Made by a program: the position numbers and the translations under genes. Below the pieces are notes generated by a model, which ran no database searches, was not told the DNA's origin, and worked only from the letters and a program-made list of their open reading frames with translations. Below are positions 1-13,584 of a DNA stretch of 64,000 nucleotides, in pieces. The stretch comes from Eledone cirrhosa (Eukaryota), in NCBI GenBank assembly GCA_964016885.1, contig OZ024752.1, positions 25,358,001 through 25,422,000 on the forward strand, given 5' to 3'. Each line of letters opens with the position of its first letter. Within the stretch, counting starts at the first letter, position 1.

Positions 1-4
1 TTTA

Positions 5-8
<4 letters not shown>

Positions 9-56
<48 letters not shown>

Positions 57-230
57 TAAATATATATATATATATATATACATAAATATATATATATATA
101 TATACATAAATCTATCTATATATATATATATACATAAATATATATATATATATATATATATAAACATATATATATATATATATACATAAATATATATATA
201 TATATATATACATAAATATATATATATATA
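9..230. repeat. (TA)n microsatellite with TACATAAA interruptions
   Basis: Directly visible dinucleotide run. Confidence 0.98.
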
Positions 231-303
231 AAGAAAAAGAGATGAAATCGAAAATGCAACTGGAGTCTTATTTTTTTTTTTAAATATATATATTTATTTG
301 GTT

Positions 304-341
304 CCTTTACCGGTTTCGCAGTTCTTCTGCTTTTCAAAAGG
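304..341 (-). ncRNA. Type I hammerhead ribozyme, U3-A8 core variant (family B)
   Basis: Reverse complement of the 513-550 motif. Confidence 0.75.
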
Positions 342-379
342 TGAGTTGAGATGGAGGGTCTGTGGTTTTTCTCACATAC

Positions 380-439
<60 letters not shown>

Positions 440-512
440 GTATATATATATATACATATGTAATAAATAAATACAGATGTGAGAAAAACCACAGACCCTC
501 CATCTCAACTCA

Positions 513-550
513 CCTTTTGAAAAGCAGAAGAACTGCGAAACCGGTAAAGG
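513..550 (+). ncRNA. Type I hammerhead ribozyme, U3-A8 core variant (family B)
   Basis: cctt TTGAAAA gcag-aagaa-ctgc GAAA ccgg TA aagg. Stems I and II pair, stem III is the palindrome ACCGGT, cleavage triplet GUA. Confidence 0.75.
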
Positions 551-756
551 AACCAAATAAATATATATATTTTTTAAAAAAATAAGGCTCCACTTGCATT
601 TTCGATTTCATCTCTTTTTCTTTATACTTTCACTCGTGTAGGATACCTCAGTTATTTTTCATTTTGTAAAAAAAAACCTCACTTTCTAATATATATATAT
701 ATATATATATATTATGAAAATAAAAAAAAGAAGCCTTCAATACATCAAAAGTCTTT

Positions 757-801
757 ATTAGCCAACAATGTTTCGTCCTATTAAGGACGCATCAGGGCAA
801 T
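757..801 (-). ncRNA. Hammerhead ribozyme with mutated core (CUGAUGC)
   Basis: Same motif as 8196-8240 but A9 changed to C. The copy at 3592-3636 shares this change. Confidence 0.65.
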
Positions 802-2600
802 CAAAACCACAAGAAGTACTATCGGCCAATACAAGCCGAAAACTACGAAGAATATGGAGTGTACATACACTAAAGTATTAGAAGATTATGGGTAAAAATA
901 TATAATAAAAATCACTAAGGAGGTGTATAACATTTTGAACCATATTACAAATATAGTCCAAAGCAAAAAAAAACCTAGAGCTAAACAAAGGTGGTTATAT
1001 AGAGCGGGAACTATATATAATACAATATAATATAATATAATATACTTGTAACAATATTAAAATTAAAATTAAAAATTAAAATTAAAAGGCACAATATACA
1101 TATATATGTACGCACACGTACGCACATATACATATACATCAATACACATATCCATCATTAACAGCACAAATTAAACCTTATTAAGAGTTTAAATGTAAAT
1201 AAGCATAGTAGGAATAAAAATAAAAATAATAATAATACGTATATCTAATATGCATGAAGTAATGAAATGATTAAAAGTAACACATATAATATATAATAAA
1301 CTATATAATTATATAATATATAATATAATATAATAGATAATCTCCGGTTAATTTACACAAACAATCTAGATGTCACAATAATACTATAATAATAATATAA
1401 TAATATATATAATATATAATGGCATGTAAGTTAACAAATCAATTCATATAGAGTTACAGAGTATGTGAGAAAAAAAAAATAAATTGCACAATACCCAAAA
1501 TGATGATGATACAAAAATATAAACATCTTACATGATATATAAAATTTAACATATAATGTTACATAAAATCAACGGTAAGTAATAAGGATCAATAGTACAA
1601 TAACAACATCAATATAAAATAATGAACATAATATAATATATAATTACTTATAATTACAAGGTTGGTAAACAGACATCTATGTGGATGAGTGAATAAGGGC
1701 CAGACAAAAGATAAAATGCACAGTAGTATAAATAAATAAATAAATAAAATCAACCGGAAATTAAAAAACAAAAACAAAAGTATTTACTTAGGTCTCACAT
1801 GCAGTTAAGTAAAAACTTAGCAAACATCCCAGATAAATGACTCGAAAACCCTATTTGATAAATTAATAAGGCAATACAATATTAGCTATGGTTTAAGTAA
1901 TCAAAATTCATAAACATTAATATTTCACTATAAATATATATATAAAGGAATGAAATATTCTACTATCTTTTTCAGAACGATATCTAAAAGACTGACTTAA
2001 GCAGAATTATGGTAGGCTAATAGGGACAAAAAGAAAGAAATGTATGGAGGATACAAAGGAGCATAAAATCATAATCAATATACTGTATTATATCATAGAA
2101 AGGAGCATAAAAGAGGGGGGGGATTAAATATAATCATAATATATTTGAAGGGGTTGACAATAAATTTATATGGGGGGAGAGGGGGGTTATCCAAAGAAGA
2201 ATCCAAATAAAATAAAATAAAATGAAATAAAATAAAATAATATAAAATATATAATCAGATATATACTCATAAGGTGTTAATAGTGAAAATTTAATGTGTA
2301 AGAAGATAGATATGGTATAGTAGCCAAAAGATTATGAGAGCGAGAATAAAAAGTTGTGAAAAATCAATGATAATAATGATGATGAAACAACATTATTAGA
2401 ATTAAATCTAGCAAAATCATCACCAATGAGTGAGCGCTCAGAGGGTTCGACTTGATTCCTAGAGGTATTATATTCCCTATTACGAGTGCGGTGGGTTAAC
2501 TTATCGATGGGTTCAGATACACCTATGTAATTTCTACGATTATTATGCTTTCTACTCCCATTCATGGCCATGTTATGGGATATTATGTTATTATTATTAC

Positions 2601-2787
2601 AGGGCGGTGGATTGGCAGTATCGGTAGAGGGTTTGACGCCATGCTTTCCAGCATAGTTACGTCCCTTTACGATCTGAGTTCAAATCCCGCCGAGGTTGAC
2701 TTTGCCTTTCATCCTTACGGGGTCGATAAAATAAAGTACCAGTAATGCATTGGGTAATTGCTGGCCTTGTGCCTAAAGTAGAAACAA
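2601..2787 (+). mobile_element. tRNA-derived SINE (octopod-type)
   Basis: A-box-like TGGCAGTATCGG and B-box GTTCAAATCC. The body GAGGTTGACTTTGCCTTTCATCCTTACGGGGTCGATAAAATAAAGTACCAG resembles the abundant octopus SINE as I recall it. Flanked by an ~18-bp TSD attatgttattattatta. Confidence 0.85.
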
Positions 2788-2888
2788 TTATGTTATTATT
2801 ATTATAAGTAAAATATATACATATATATATACATAAATATATATATATATATATACATAGATAGATAGATATATATATATATACATAA

Positions 2889-2925
<37 letters not shown>

Positions 2926-3021
2926 AATCTATCTATATATATATATATACATAAATATATATATATATAAACATATATAAATATATATATATATATACAT
3001 AAATATATATATATATACATA

Positions 3022-3055
<34 letters not shown>

Positions 3056-3098
3056 CATAAATATATATATATATACATAAATATATATATATATATAT

Positions 3099-3527
3099 AA
3101 AGAAAAAGAGATGAAATCGAAAATGCAACTAGAGTCTTATTTTTTTTTTTAAATATATATATTTATTTGGTTCCTTTACCGGTTTCGCAGTTCTTCTGCT
3201 TTTCAAAAGGTTAGTTGAGATGGAGGGTGTGTGGTTTTTCTCACATACATATGTATATATATATATATACACATATGTATATATATATATACATATGTAA
3301 TAAATAAATACAGATGTGAGAAAAACCACAGACCCTCCATCTCAACTCACCTTTTGAAAAGCAGAAGAACTGCGAAACCGGTAAAGGAACCAAATAAATA
3401 TATATATTTTTTAAAAAAATAAGGCTCCAGTTGCATTTTCGATTTCATCTCTTTTTCTTTATACTTTCACTCGTGTAGGACACCTCGGTTATTTTTCATT
3501 TTGTAAAAAAAAACCTCACTTTCTAAT
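3099..3527. mobile_element. Fold-back family B copy with two HHRs (3173-3210 minus, 3350-3387 plus)
   Basis: Near-identical to 231-690. Confidence 0.8.
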
Positions 3528-5289
3528 ATATATATATATATATATATTATGAAAATTAAACAAAGAAGCCTTCAATACATCAAAAGTCTTTATTAGCCAA
3601 CAATGTTTCGTCCTATTAAGGACGCATCAGGGCAATCAAAACCACAAGAAGTACTATCGGCCAATACAAGCCGAAAACTCCGAAGAATATGGAGTGTACA
3701 TACACTAAAGTATTAGAAGATTATGGGTAAAAATATATAATAAAAATCACTAAGGAGGTGTATAACATTTTGAACCATATTACAATTATAGTCCGAAGCA
3801 AAAAAAACCTAGAGCTAAACAAAGGTGGTTATATAATATAATATAATATAATATAATATACTTGTAACAATATTAAAATTAAAATTAAAAATTAAAATTA
3901 AAAGGCACAATATACATATATATGTACGCACACGTACGCACATATACATATACGTGAATACACATATCCATCATTAACAGCACAAATTAAACCTTATTAA
4001 GAGTTTAAATGTAAATAAGCATAGTAGGAATAAAAATAAAAATAATAATAATACGTATATCTAATATGCATGAAGTAATGAAATGATTAAAAGTAACACA
4101 TATAATATATAATAAACTATATAATTATATAATATATATTATAATATAATAGATAATCTCCGGTTAATTTACACAAACAATATAGATGTCACAATAATAC
4201 TATAATATTAATATAATAATATATATAATATATAATGGCATGTAAGTTAACAATTCATATAGAGTTACAGAGTATGTGAGAAAAAAAAAATAAATTGTAC
4301 ACTACCCAAAATTATGATGATACAAAAATATAAACATCTTATATGATATATAAAATTTAACATATCATAATGTTACATAAAATCAACGGTAAGTAATAAG
4401 GATCAATAGTACAATAACAACATCAATATAAAATAATGAACATAATATAATATATAATTACTTATAATTACAAGGTTGGTAAACAGACATATATGTGGAT
4501 GAGTGAATAAGGGCCAGACAAAAAATGCAATGCACAGTAGTATAAATAAATAAATAAATAAAATCAACCGGAAATTAAAAAACAAAAACAAAAGTATTTA
4601 CTTAGGTCTCACATGCAGTTAAGTAAAAACTTAGCAAACATCCCAGATAAATGACTCAAAAACCCTATTTGATAAATTAATATTGAAAATATTTAAAATA
4701 CCCAATAAAGCAATACAATATTAGCTATGGTTTAAGTAATCAAAATTCATAAACATAAATATTTCACTAAAAATATATATATAAAGGAATGAAATATTCT
4801 ACTATCATTTACATAACGATATCTAAAAGACTGACTTAAGCAGAATTATGGTAGGCTAATAGGGACAAAAAGAAAGAAATGTATGGAGGATACAAAGGAG
4901 CATAAAATCATAATCAATATACTGTATTATATCATAGAAAGGAGCATAAAAGAGGGGGGATTAAATATAATCATAATATATTTGAAGGGGTTGACAATAG
5001 GTTTATGTGTGCATGGGGGGAGGGGGAGGGGGTTTATCCAAAGAAGAATCCAAATAAAATAAAATAAAATGAAATAAAATAAAATAATATAAAATATATA
5101 ATCAGATATATACTCATAAGGTGTTAATAGTGAAAATTTAATGTGTAAGAAGATAGATATGGTATAGTAGCCAAAAGATTATGAGAGCTAGAATAAAAAG
5201 TTGTCAAAAATCAATGATAATAATGATGATGATAATGGCGGTAAACAAAAAGAACCTAAACTAAAAAAATAAGTAATGGAATATATCAG

Positions 5290-7978
5290 CTAATGGATAC
5301 AATTTATACTACTAGAACCTTTAGGTTTATAATAAAAGTAAGAATTAGAAATAGCGTGGGGGCAAGAAGAGAATATCTCAGACTTTCTATTAAGTAAGGA
5401 TTCACTAGAGAAAATTATAGAGTGTGTCTCGAGGATACAGAGATTACAAAATTTAGTATGTGTAGAAAGGTTATTAGAGCGTGCTACTAAACGCCAATTA
5501 AGGCTATATGGTATATTAGCCCCATTAAGATCCCAGATATAGTGTGCTAAAGAAGTAGAATTCTTAAACTTAACATGTTTGAAATTAGAGATATGAGAAT
5601 TAAACCTAGTCTTAAAAGTGTTAGATGTAGAGCCTATATAAGTTCTATTAGAGGAATTAACTATATATATAACTACGCAAGCATAGACGGTGTTCTTAGA
5701 GAGGCAGTTACCGTTTAAAGGGCAGTTAGCACTCACTCTACAGTTACACTTCCAGGTGCTATTGATTGGCTGAAGTAGTGATGCATTACACGTAGGATTA
5801 CTATTAGATAAGGTCTGCTCTGGTGGTAAGGTATTTACAGATCTGTTCAGACTAGTAGTATCTAGAGAGGAGTATCCATCCCTAATTTTCCTATTGTTAG
5901 TGCTAGCTAAATGAGAACTAATATTAGGGGTGGTAGAGAATGAAATTTAATAACATTTTTATTAAAAATACTATGGTATTTATGAGAAGGGGGGAAATTT
6001 TTCTCTAACATAGAAAAGAAAGACCTATGGATATTAGTTAATACTTCCTGATTATATGGCGGGTTAAAATATGTATTTAGTCTCCTTCTATTTTTATCCT
6101 TACCGACTCTACCATTATCTAATATCCCATTATTAAGACTAGGGTTATTACAAGGATTAGTTAAAACCGCATTATTAGAATCAGCCAAAATTCCATTAAG
6201 TCTCTTACTGTTTCTACGTCTAATAGATCTGCTGCCGTCTGGAATCCCATCAAAAGGATTAGGGCCAATAATAGGATCAGTAGAAACAACATTATTAGAA
6301 TTAGATCTAGCAAAATCATCACCAATGAGTGAGCGCTCAGAGGGTTCGACTTGTTTCCTAGAGGTATTATATTCCCTATTACGAGTCCGGTGGGTTAACT
6401 TATGGATGGGTTCAGATACACCTATGTAATTTCTACGGTTATTATGCTTCCCACTCCCATTCATGGCCATGTTATGTGATATTATGTTATTATTATTATA
6501 AGTAAGCAGAGACTTTCTAAGGTTACTATCATTATAATGTATTTTACTAGAGTAACCGGAATTAGCTAGGGCATTATTATAGTACTCCGCATGTTCATTA
6601 AATGTTCCTACGTCTTAGAGAGTGTGGAAATCCTATTAGATACACCCTTAATTATAGAGCTTATCATAGATTTGGGGTGGTTAGAATTGGGACTAACATA
6701 AGAAAGTATTTCATTAGGCTTATGGAAGGGTTTAAAACTATTAGTGACCAAGTCCAAAGTCACATCTAAAAAGTTGACCGCTCTATCGTTTCTATCTATC
6801 GTGATCGAAAGGTTATAGCTTTTAAAAAACTTATAAAGCTTCTTATTATGCTCGACATTGTTGGTGCTAGAGTTAATAACAAACAATGCATCATCACGAT
6901 ATAGTCCTCCATTAAGGTGCGGAAAGGTAACATATAGTTCATTTAGGAGGAACAACCCAACAAGATCAGTTACCTGGGCCGAATCACTCGAACCCATTGT
7001 AACGTCGAAATTGTTGGGCGTGTTTTTACGGGTCCAAAATGTGTCCTCAAAATTAATAATAGTTCTACGGGCTGCTAGTATAATATCTACCTGTGATCGT
7101 GTAAGGCTGGACACTCTCATGGCCAACAGTAAGGCTTTATTGAGGAGGATGGGTGAAATCGATGTGTAGTAGGCATCAATATCGAACTGGATAAACTTAT
7201 TAGATTCAAGTTTATTAATCCCAGAGAACCAATCTATAACTTCCTTAGTGTTCCCCCATAGGTTAAAATTAACTTTATCCCTAACATCTGGTATAATAAG
7301 GTCAAGGATTTTTTTACTGATTATGGCTATATCGGACTTAGAAGGACAGATGAGTCTAACAGAGGGGTTACTAATGAAGTCTACCTTATGATCCTTAAGA
7401 GTGAACCTCGGTTCTCTAGGGTAATATGGCTGGGTATACTTATCAAGGCCGAGATCCGAGACTATTTTAAGACCCTCACTATTGATATGGTTCAAATTAT
7501 CTAGCGTAGTCTTTTTATAATTTCTATGCAGCTCCTTATAAAAAAAAGTCACGGTAAGCACTGTAATCCATAGAGTATAGATTCTTAGTCTTATCCGCCG
7601 GGACAAGAATAGACTTATTCGCACTAAAACCCTTAACAATATTTTAAAGTCTAGACTGGAACTTATCAAATTTATTATAATTTCTATGTCGATTATTTGG
7701 CCTATACTTAATATTTTTGACAAGAGAGAGTAAGTCACTTTTAAAATTATCTAATCGAACGTTATGTGGTGGGCTCTTATAAGTTTTGAAGCCATAGTTA
7801 TTAAAATTTGTTCTATTCCTGGGGTCCTTCCTATTCCTATTATTATCATAGTGGAAAGCACGCCATCTAATCCTTTTTACAAAGGAGTTAACACTAGCAA
7901 TCAATAGTTTTTCGTAAGTATTCTTAGAGGGGTGGGAATATTCTTCAGAGATAAAAGCAGGTAACTCTTTGTTAGCAT
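5290..7978 (-). pseudogene. PLE reverse transcriptase plus GIY-YIG endonuclease, frameshifted
   Basis: Motifs SLKNIP, KRIRWRA, FTLKDHK, FDIDAYY, FDVTMGSSDSAQ, GGLYRDD, NFLDVTL, YFNPPY, CPLNGNC, YIGSTSNTFKTR and CNLCILE are spread over several frames. Confidence 0.92.
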
Positions 7979-8195
7979 ACTGTCAGATATATATAAAGGC
8001 CAAAACACCAGTATATAGGAGGAAGCTCAACCAATCGGGAGCAGTGACAAGGATTAAAATACTGGAGCGTGTTGGAGTTAAACACGCTCTTCGTATTATA
8101 GAAATGACAGTAAAAGGTATAGCTCAATGTAATTAAACAGAGCCGAAGAATTATGAAAATAAAACAAAGAAGCCTTCAATACATCAAAAGTCTTT

Positions 8196-8240
8196 ATTAG
8201 CCAACAATGTTTCGTCCTATTAAGGACTCATCAGGGCAAT
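8196..8240 (-). ncRNA. Minimal type I hammerhead ribozyme (Hydra-1 pLTR)
   Basis: gcc CTGATGA gtcc-ttaata-ggac GAAA catt-g TT ggc. Confidence 0.8.
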
Positions 8241-8734
8241 CAAAACCACAAGAAGTACTATCGGCCAATACAAGCCGAAAACTACGAAGAATATGGAGTG
8301 TACATACACTAAAGTATTAGAAGATTATGGGTAAAAATATATAATAAAAATCACTAAGGAGGTGTATAACATTTTGAACCATATTACAAATATAGTCCAA
8401 AGAAAAAAAACCTAGAGCTAAACAAAGGTGGTTATATAGAGCGGGAACAATATATAATACAATATAATATAATATACTTGTAACAATATTAAAATTAAAA
8501 TTAAATATTAAAATTAAAAGGCACAATATACATATATATATATGTACGCACACGTACGCACATATACATATACGTCAATACACATATCCATCATTAACAG
8601 CACAAATTAAACCTTATTAAGAGTTTAAATGTAAATAAGCATAGTAGGAATAAAAATAAAAATAATAATAATACGTATATCTAATATGCATGAAGTAATG
8701 AAATGATTAAAAGTAACACCTATAATATATAATA

Positions 8735-8774
<40 letters not shown>

Positions 8775-8778
<4 letters not shown>

Positions 8779-9810
8779 AATATGATAATAATGGAGCTGC
8801 GGCGTTGCAAATGGGTTACATATGAAAAAGTTTGTCCTTCATCAGTGGCCTTCCAACCGTCGTAGGCATTTCATCGCTTTAAAGGCCATATACCTCAGGT
8901 TGGTGCGAGCAACGGCTAAAAAAAGTCGTTGGGACTCGTAAATAAAGCGGACGCTAGGGTAAACAAACAAAATGGTTTAAGCAACAGAAAGTGAGAAGAA
9001 AGTGACAAGTCCCAGATTTCTATGAATATAAATTCGGTGAAATCGTGAACGAGAGAATAAAGACCATCAAACCTGGTTGAAATGTGAGCAAGGAAGGAAT
9101 TTCGCACAGGTCTAACGGGAGGAAGAAGGGGTCTGGTCTGCGAATTCGGTAAACATAAGTTCTGTGAAGTCGCAGACGAGAGAGAGAGAGAGAAAAAAAA
9201 ATTCATACCGGCTTGGCCAAGAACGCGCGAGAAAATAATTCGGACAGGTAGTGACAGAGAATGAGTGAGTGAAAGGTGAGGAAGAGGCTAGCAGAGAGAG
9301 AGAGACTGCAAGAAAGGGTAAAGATACAAAGAACGAAACAGACGGGTAGCAGCAGAGGAAAAAATATATGTGTAAATATGATAATAATGGAGCTGCTGCG
9401 TTGCAAATGGGTTACAAACGAAAAAGTTTGTCCTTCATCAGTGGCCTTCCAACCGTCGTAGGCATTTCATCGCTTTAAAGGCCATATACCTCAGGTTGGT
9501 GCGAGCAACGGCTAAAAAATGTCGTTGGGACACGTAAATAAAGGGGACGCTAGGGTAAACAAACAAAATGGTTTAAGCAACAGAAAGTGAGAAGAAGGAG
9601 ACAAGTCCCAGATTTCTATGAATATAAATTCGGTGAAATCGTGAACGAGAGAATAAAGACAATCAAACCTGGTTGAAATGTGAGCAAGGAAGGAATTTCG
9701 CACAGGTCTAACGGGAGGAAGAAGGGATCTGGTCTGCGAATTCGGTAAACATAAGTTCTGTGAAGTCGCAGACGAGAGAGAGAGAGAGAAAAAAAATTCA
9801 TACCGGCTTG

Positions 9811-9814
<4 letters not shown>
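8775..9814. repeat. Unclassified 596-bp unit in 1.7 tandem copies (family F)
   Basis: 8775-9219 is repeated at 9371-9814. TA flanks both sides. Non-coding. Confidence 0.85.
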
Positions 9815-9860
<46 letters not shown>

Positions 9861-10178
9861 CATAAATATATATATATATATATATACATAAATATATATA
9901 TATATATATACATAAATATATATATATATATACATAAATATATATATATACATATATATATATTTCGTTTCTGAATTTGTTTAGCAAGATTCTTTATCTG
10001 AAATCGTGTGTTGAAACCGATATTGTTATACTTTGGGAGGGTCATGTTGCCAATAAGAAACACACGCACCAGTTGCTTTCACTTCAATTTAATTTAATAT
10101 ATATTTATAAATTTACAAATTTATAAATTTCTGGTTGGTTGGTTGGTTCCACAACCAGATAGTTGTTTATATATATAT

Positions 10179-10223
10179 AGTCATAGTTCTTTCGTCACAC
10201 ACTCTGTGACCTCTTCAGTGACT
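10179..10223 (-). ncRNA. Type I hammerhead ribozyme (Naiad-A)
   Basis: Reverse complement of 10349-10393. Confidence 0.8.
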
Positions 10224-10348
10224 GGGGATTTCTTTCTTCGTTTCTGTGCCTTTCCTTTCTTCTATCCTACGCCATTTTGTTTGACACACAAACAAAATGG
10301 CGTAGGATAGAAGAAAGGAAAGGCACAGAAACGAAGAAAGAAATCCCC

Positions 10349-10393
10349 AGTCACTGAAGAGGTCACAGAGTGTGTGACGAAAGAACTATGACT
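10349..10393 (+). ncRNA. Type I hammerhead ribozyme (Naiad-A)
   Basis: agtca CTGAAGA g gtcac-agagtgt-gtgac GAAA gaac TA tgact. Confidence 0.8.
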
Positions 10394-10546
10394 ATATATA
10401 TATAAACAACTATCTGGTTGTGGAACCAACCAACCAACCAGAAATTTATAAATTTGTAAATTTATAAATATATATTAAATTAAATTGAAGTGAAAGCAAC
10501 TGGTGCGTGTGTTTCTTATTGGCAACATGACCCTCCCAAAGTATAA

Positions 10547-11437
<891 letters not shown>

Positions 11438-11662
11438 TAATTAAGTCAAAGATGTACATCCATATATGTATACTGAAATACTAGTATGTATATGAATACA
11501 CACACGTATACATATGTAGATGTACCAAGTTTTTTTTCACTGATCACTTTACTGTGAGTGGCCAGCTATTCTGTATGTAAACACACAGACAAACCGGTTT
11601 TTAGAGTCATACTGGTTTTTGAGGAAACACCTTTCCTCTATTCTCCAGAAAGCCAGACAAGG

Positions 11663-11707
11663 AATATTGAACTAGTTTCGTTGTTGTTACAACTCATCAG
11701 CAATATT
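11663..11707 (-). ncRNA. Type I hammerhead ribozyme, array unit
   Basis: Reverse complement reads aatattg CTGATGA gttg-taacaa-caac GAAA ctag TT caatatt. Confidence 0.9.
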
Positions 11708-12131
11708 TACCTATCTTCCGGCCTCTCTAGAGAATCGTAAAAGCACATATCGCTATATGCTTTTTCTATGAAAATTAGTAGTGGGCAGACCAACTTGCAT
11801 AGAGTGTGAGTAAGTACCGGTTCAACGGAGACGATAAAAACAAATAACGAAACGAAATTAAATTTCATTTCGTTTGTAACTCACTTTTGTATGACTGACG
11901 CTCAAACAATTAAGTCAAAGATGTACATCCATATATGTATACTGAAATACTAGTATGTATATGAATACACACACGTATACATATGTAGATGTACCAAGTT
12001 TTTTTTCACTGATCACTTTACTGTGAGTGGCCAGCTATTCTGTATGTAAACACACAGACAAACCGGTTTTTAGAGTCATACTGGTTTTTGAGGAAACACC
12101 TTTCCTCTATTCTCCAGAAAGCCAGACAAGG

Positions 12132-12176
12132 AATATTGAACTAGTTTCGTTGTTGTTACAACTCATCAGCAATATT
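12132..12176 (-). ncRNA. Type I hammerhead ribozyme, array unit
   Basis: Identical motif. Confidence 0.9.
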
Positions 12177-12601
12177 TACCTATCTTCCGGCCTCTCTAGA
12201 GAATCGTAAAAGCACATATCGCTATATGCTTTTTCTATGAAAATTAGTAGTGGGCAGACCAACTTGCATAGAGTGTGAGTAAGTACCGGTTCAACGGAGA
12301 CGATAAAAACAAATAACGAAACGAAATTAAATTTCATTTCGTTTGTAACTCACTTTTGTATGACTGACGCTCAAACAATTAAGTCAAAGATGTACATCCA
12401 TATATGTATACTGAAATACTAGTATGTATATGAATACACACACGTATACATATGTAGATGTACCAAGTTTTTTTTTCACTGATCACTTTACTGTGAGTGG
12501 CCAGCTATTCTGTATGTAAACACACAGACAAACCGGTTTTTAGAGTCATACTGGTTTTTGAGGAAACACCTTTCCTCTATTCTCCAGAAAGCCAGACAAG
12601 G

Positions 12602-12646
12602 AATATTGAACTAGTTTCGTTGTTGTTACAACTCATCAGCAATATT
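12602..12646 (-). ncRNA. Type I hammerhead ribozyme, array unit
   Basis: Identical motif. Confidence 0.9.
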
Positions 12647-13070
12647 TACCTATCTTCCGGCCTCTCTAGAGAATCGTAAAAGCACATATCGCTATATGCT
12701 TTTTCTATGAAAATTAGTAGTGGGCAGACCAACTTGCATAGAGTGTGAGTAAGTACCGGTTCAACGGAGACGATAAAAACAAATAACGAAACGAAATTAA
12801 ATTTCATTTCGTTTGTAACTCACTTTTGTATGACTGACGCTCAAACAATTAAGTCAAAGATGTACATCCATATATGTATACTGAAATACTAGTATGTATA
12901 TGAATACACACACGTATACATATGTAGATGTACCAAGTTTTTTTTCACTGATCACTTTACTGTGAGTGGCCAGCTATTCTGTATGTAAACACACAGACAA
13001 ACCGGTTTTTAGAGTCATACTGGTTTTTGAGGAAACACCTTTCCTCTATTCTCCAGAAAGCCAGACAAGG

Positions 13071-13115
13071 AATATTGAACTAGTTTCGTTGTTGTTACAA
13101 CTCATCAGCAATATT
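13071..13115 (-). ncRNA. Type I hammerhead ribozyme, array unit
   Basis: Identical motif. Confidence 0.9.
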
Positions 13116-13539
13116 TACCTATCTTCCGGCCTCTCTAGAGAATCGTAAAAGCACATATCGCTATATGCTTTTTCTATGAAAATTAGTAGTGGGCAGACCA
13201 ACTTGCATAGAGTGTGAGTAAGTACCGGTTCAACGGAGACGATAAAAACAAATAACGAAACGAAATTAAATTTCATTTCGTTTGTAACTCACTTTTGTAT
13301 GACTGACGCTCAAACAATTAAGTCAAAGATGTACATCCATATATGTATACTGAAATACTAGTATGTATATGAATACACACACGTATACATATGTAGATGT
13401 ACCAAGTTTTTTTTCACTGATCACTTTACTGTGAGTGGCCAGCTATTCTGTATGTAAACACACAGACAAACCGGTTTTTAGAGTCATACTGGTTTTTGAG
13501 GAAACACCTTTCCTCTATTCTCCAGAAAGCCAGACAAGG

Positions 13540-13584
13540 AATATTGAACTAGTTTCGTTGTTGTTACAACTCATCAGCAATATT
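13540..13584 (-). ncRNA. Type I hammerhead ribozyme, array unit
   Basis: Identical motif. Confidence 0.9.

Larger units (their letters stand above)
231..690. mobile_element. Fold-back element terminus, family B (HHR-bearing, probable PLE pLTR end or retrozyme fragment)
   Basis: 231-375 is the reverse complement of about 479-625. Further copies lie at 3099-3527, 41503-41702, 41995-42087 and 49099-49160. Flanked by TA. Confidence 0.8.
713..2810 (-). mobile_element. Hydra-like PLE family 1, internally deleted 3' fragment
   Basis: 713-2385 matches 3548-5232, then jumps to sequence matching about 6283-6505. Interrupted by a SINE. Confidence 0.85.
3548..8745 (-). mobile_element. Near full-length Hydra-like PLE family 1 with upstream partial-tandem pLTR
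   Basis: 3' UTR 3548-5289, disrupted ORF 5290-7978, and 8151-8745 repeats the 3' end directly upstream (classic PLE partial tandem). Confidence 0.9.
9963..10547. mobile_element. Fold-back remnant of Naiad-like family A pLTR
   Basis: Palindrome centred near 10286. Matches 20238-20484 and 30953-31270. Includes the ORF start MTLPKYNN. Confidence 0.9.

Noticed and set aside
6608-7738. Telomerase, retron or group II intron RT
   Set aside because: The C-terminal GIY-YIG, pLTRs and HHRs identify these RTs as PLEs.
8838-8878. SECIS or box C/D-like motif on the minus strand (GATGA...CTGAT)
   Set aside because: No apical AA, imperfect helix and no associated UGA-containing ORF.
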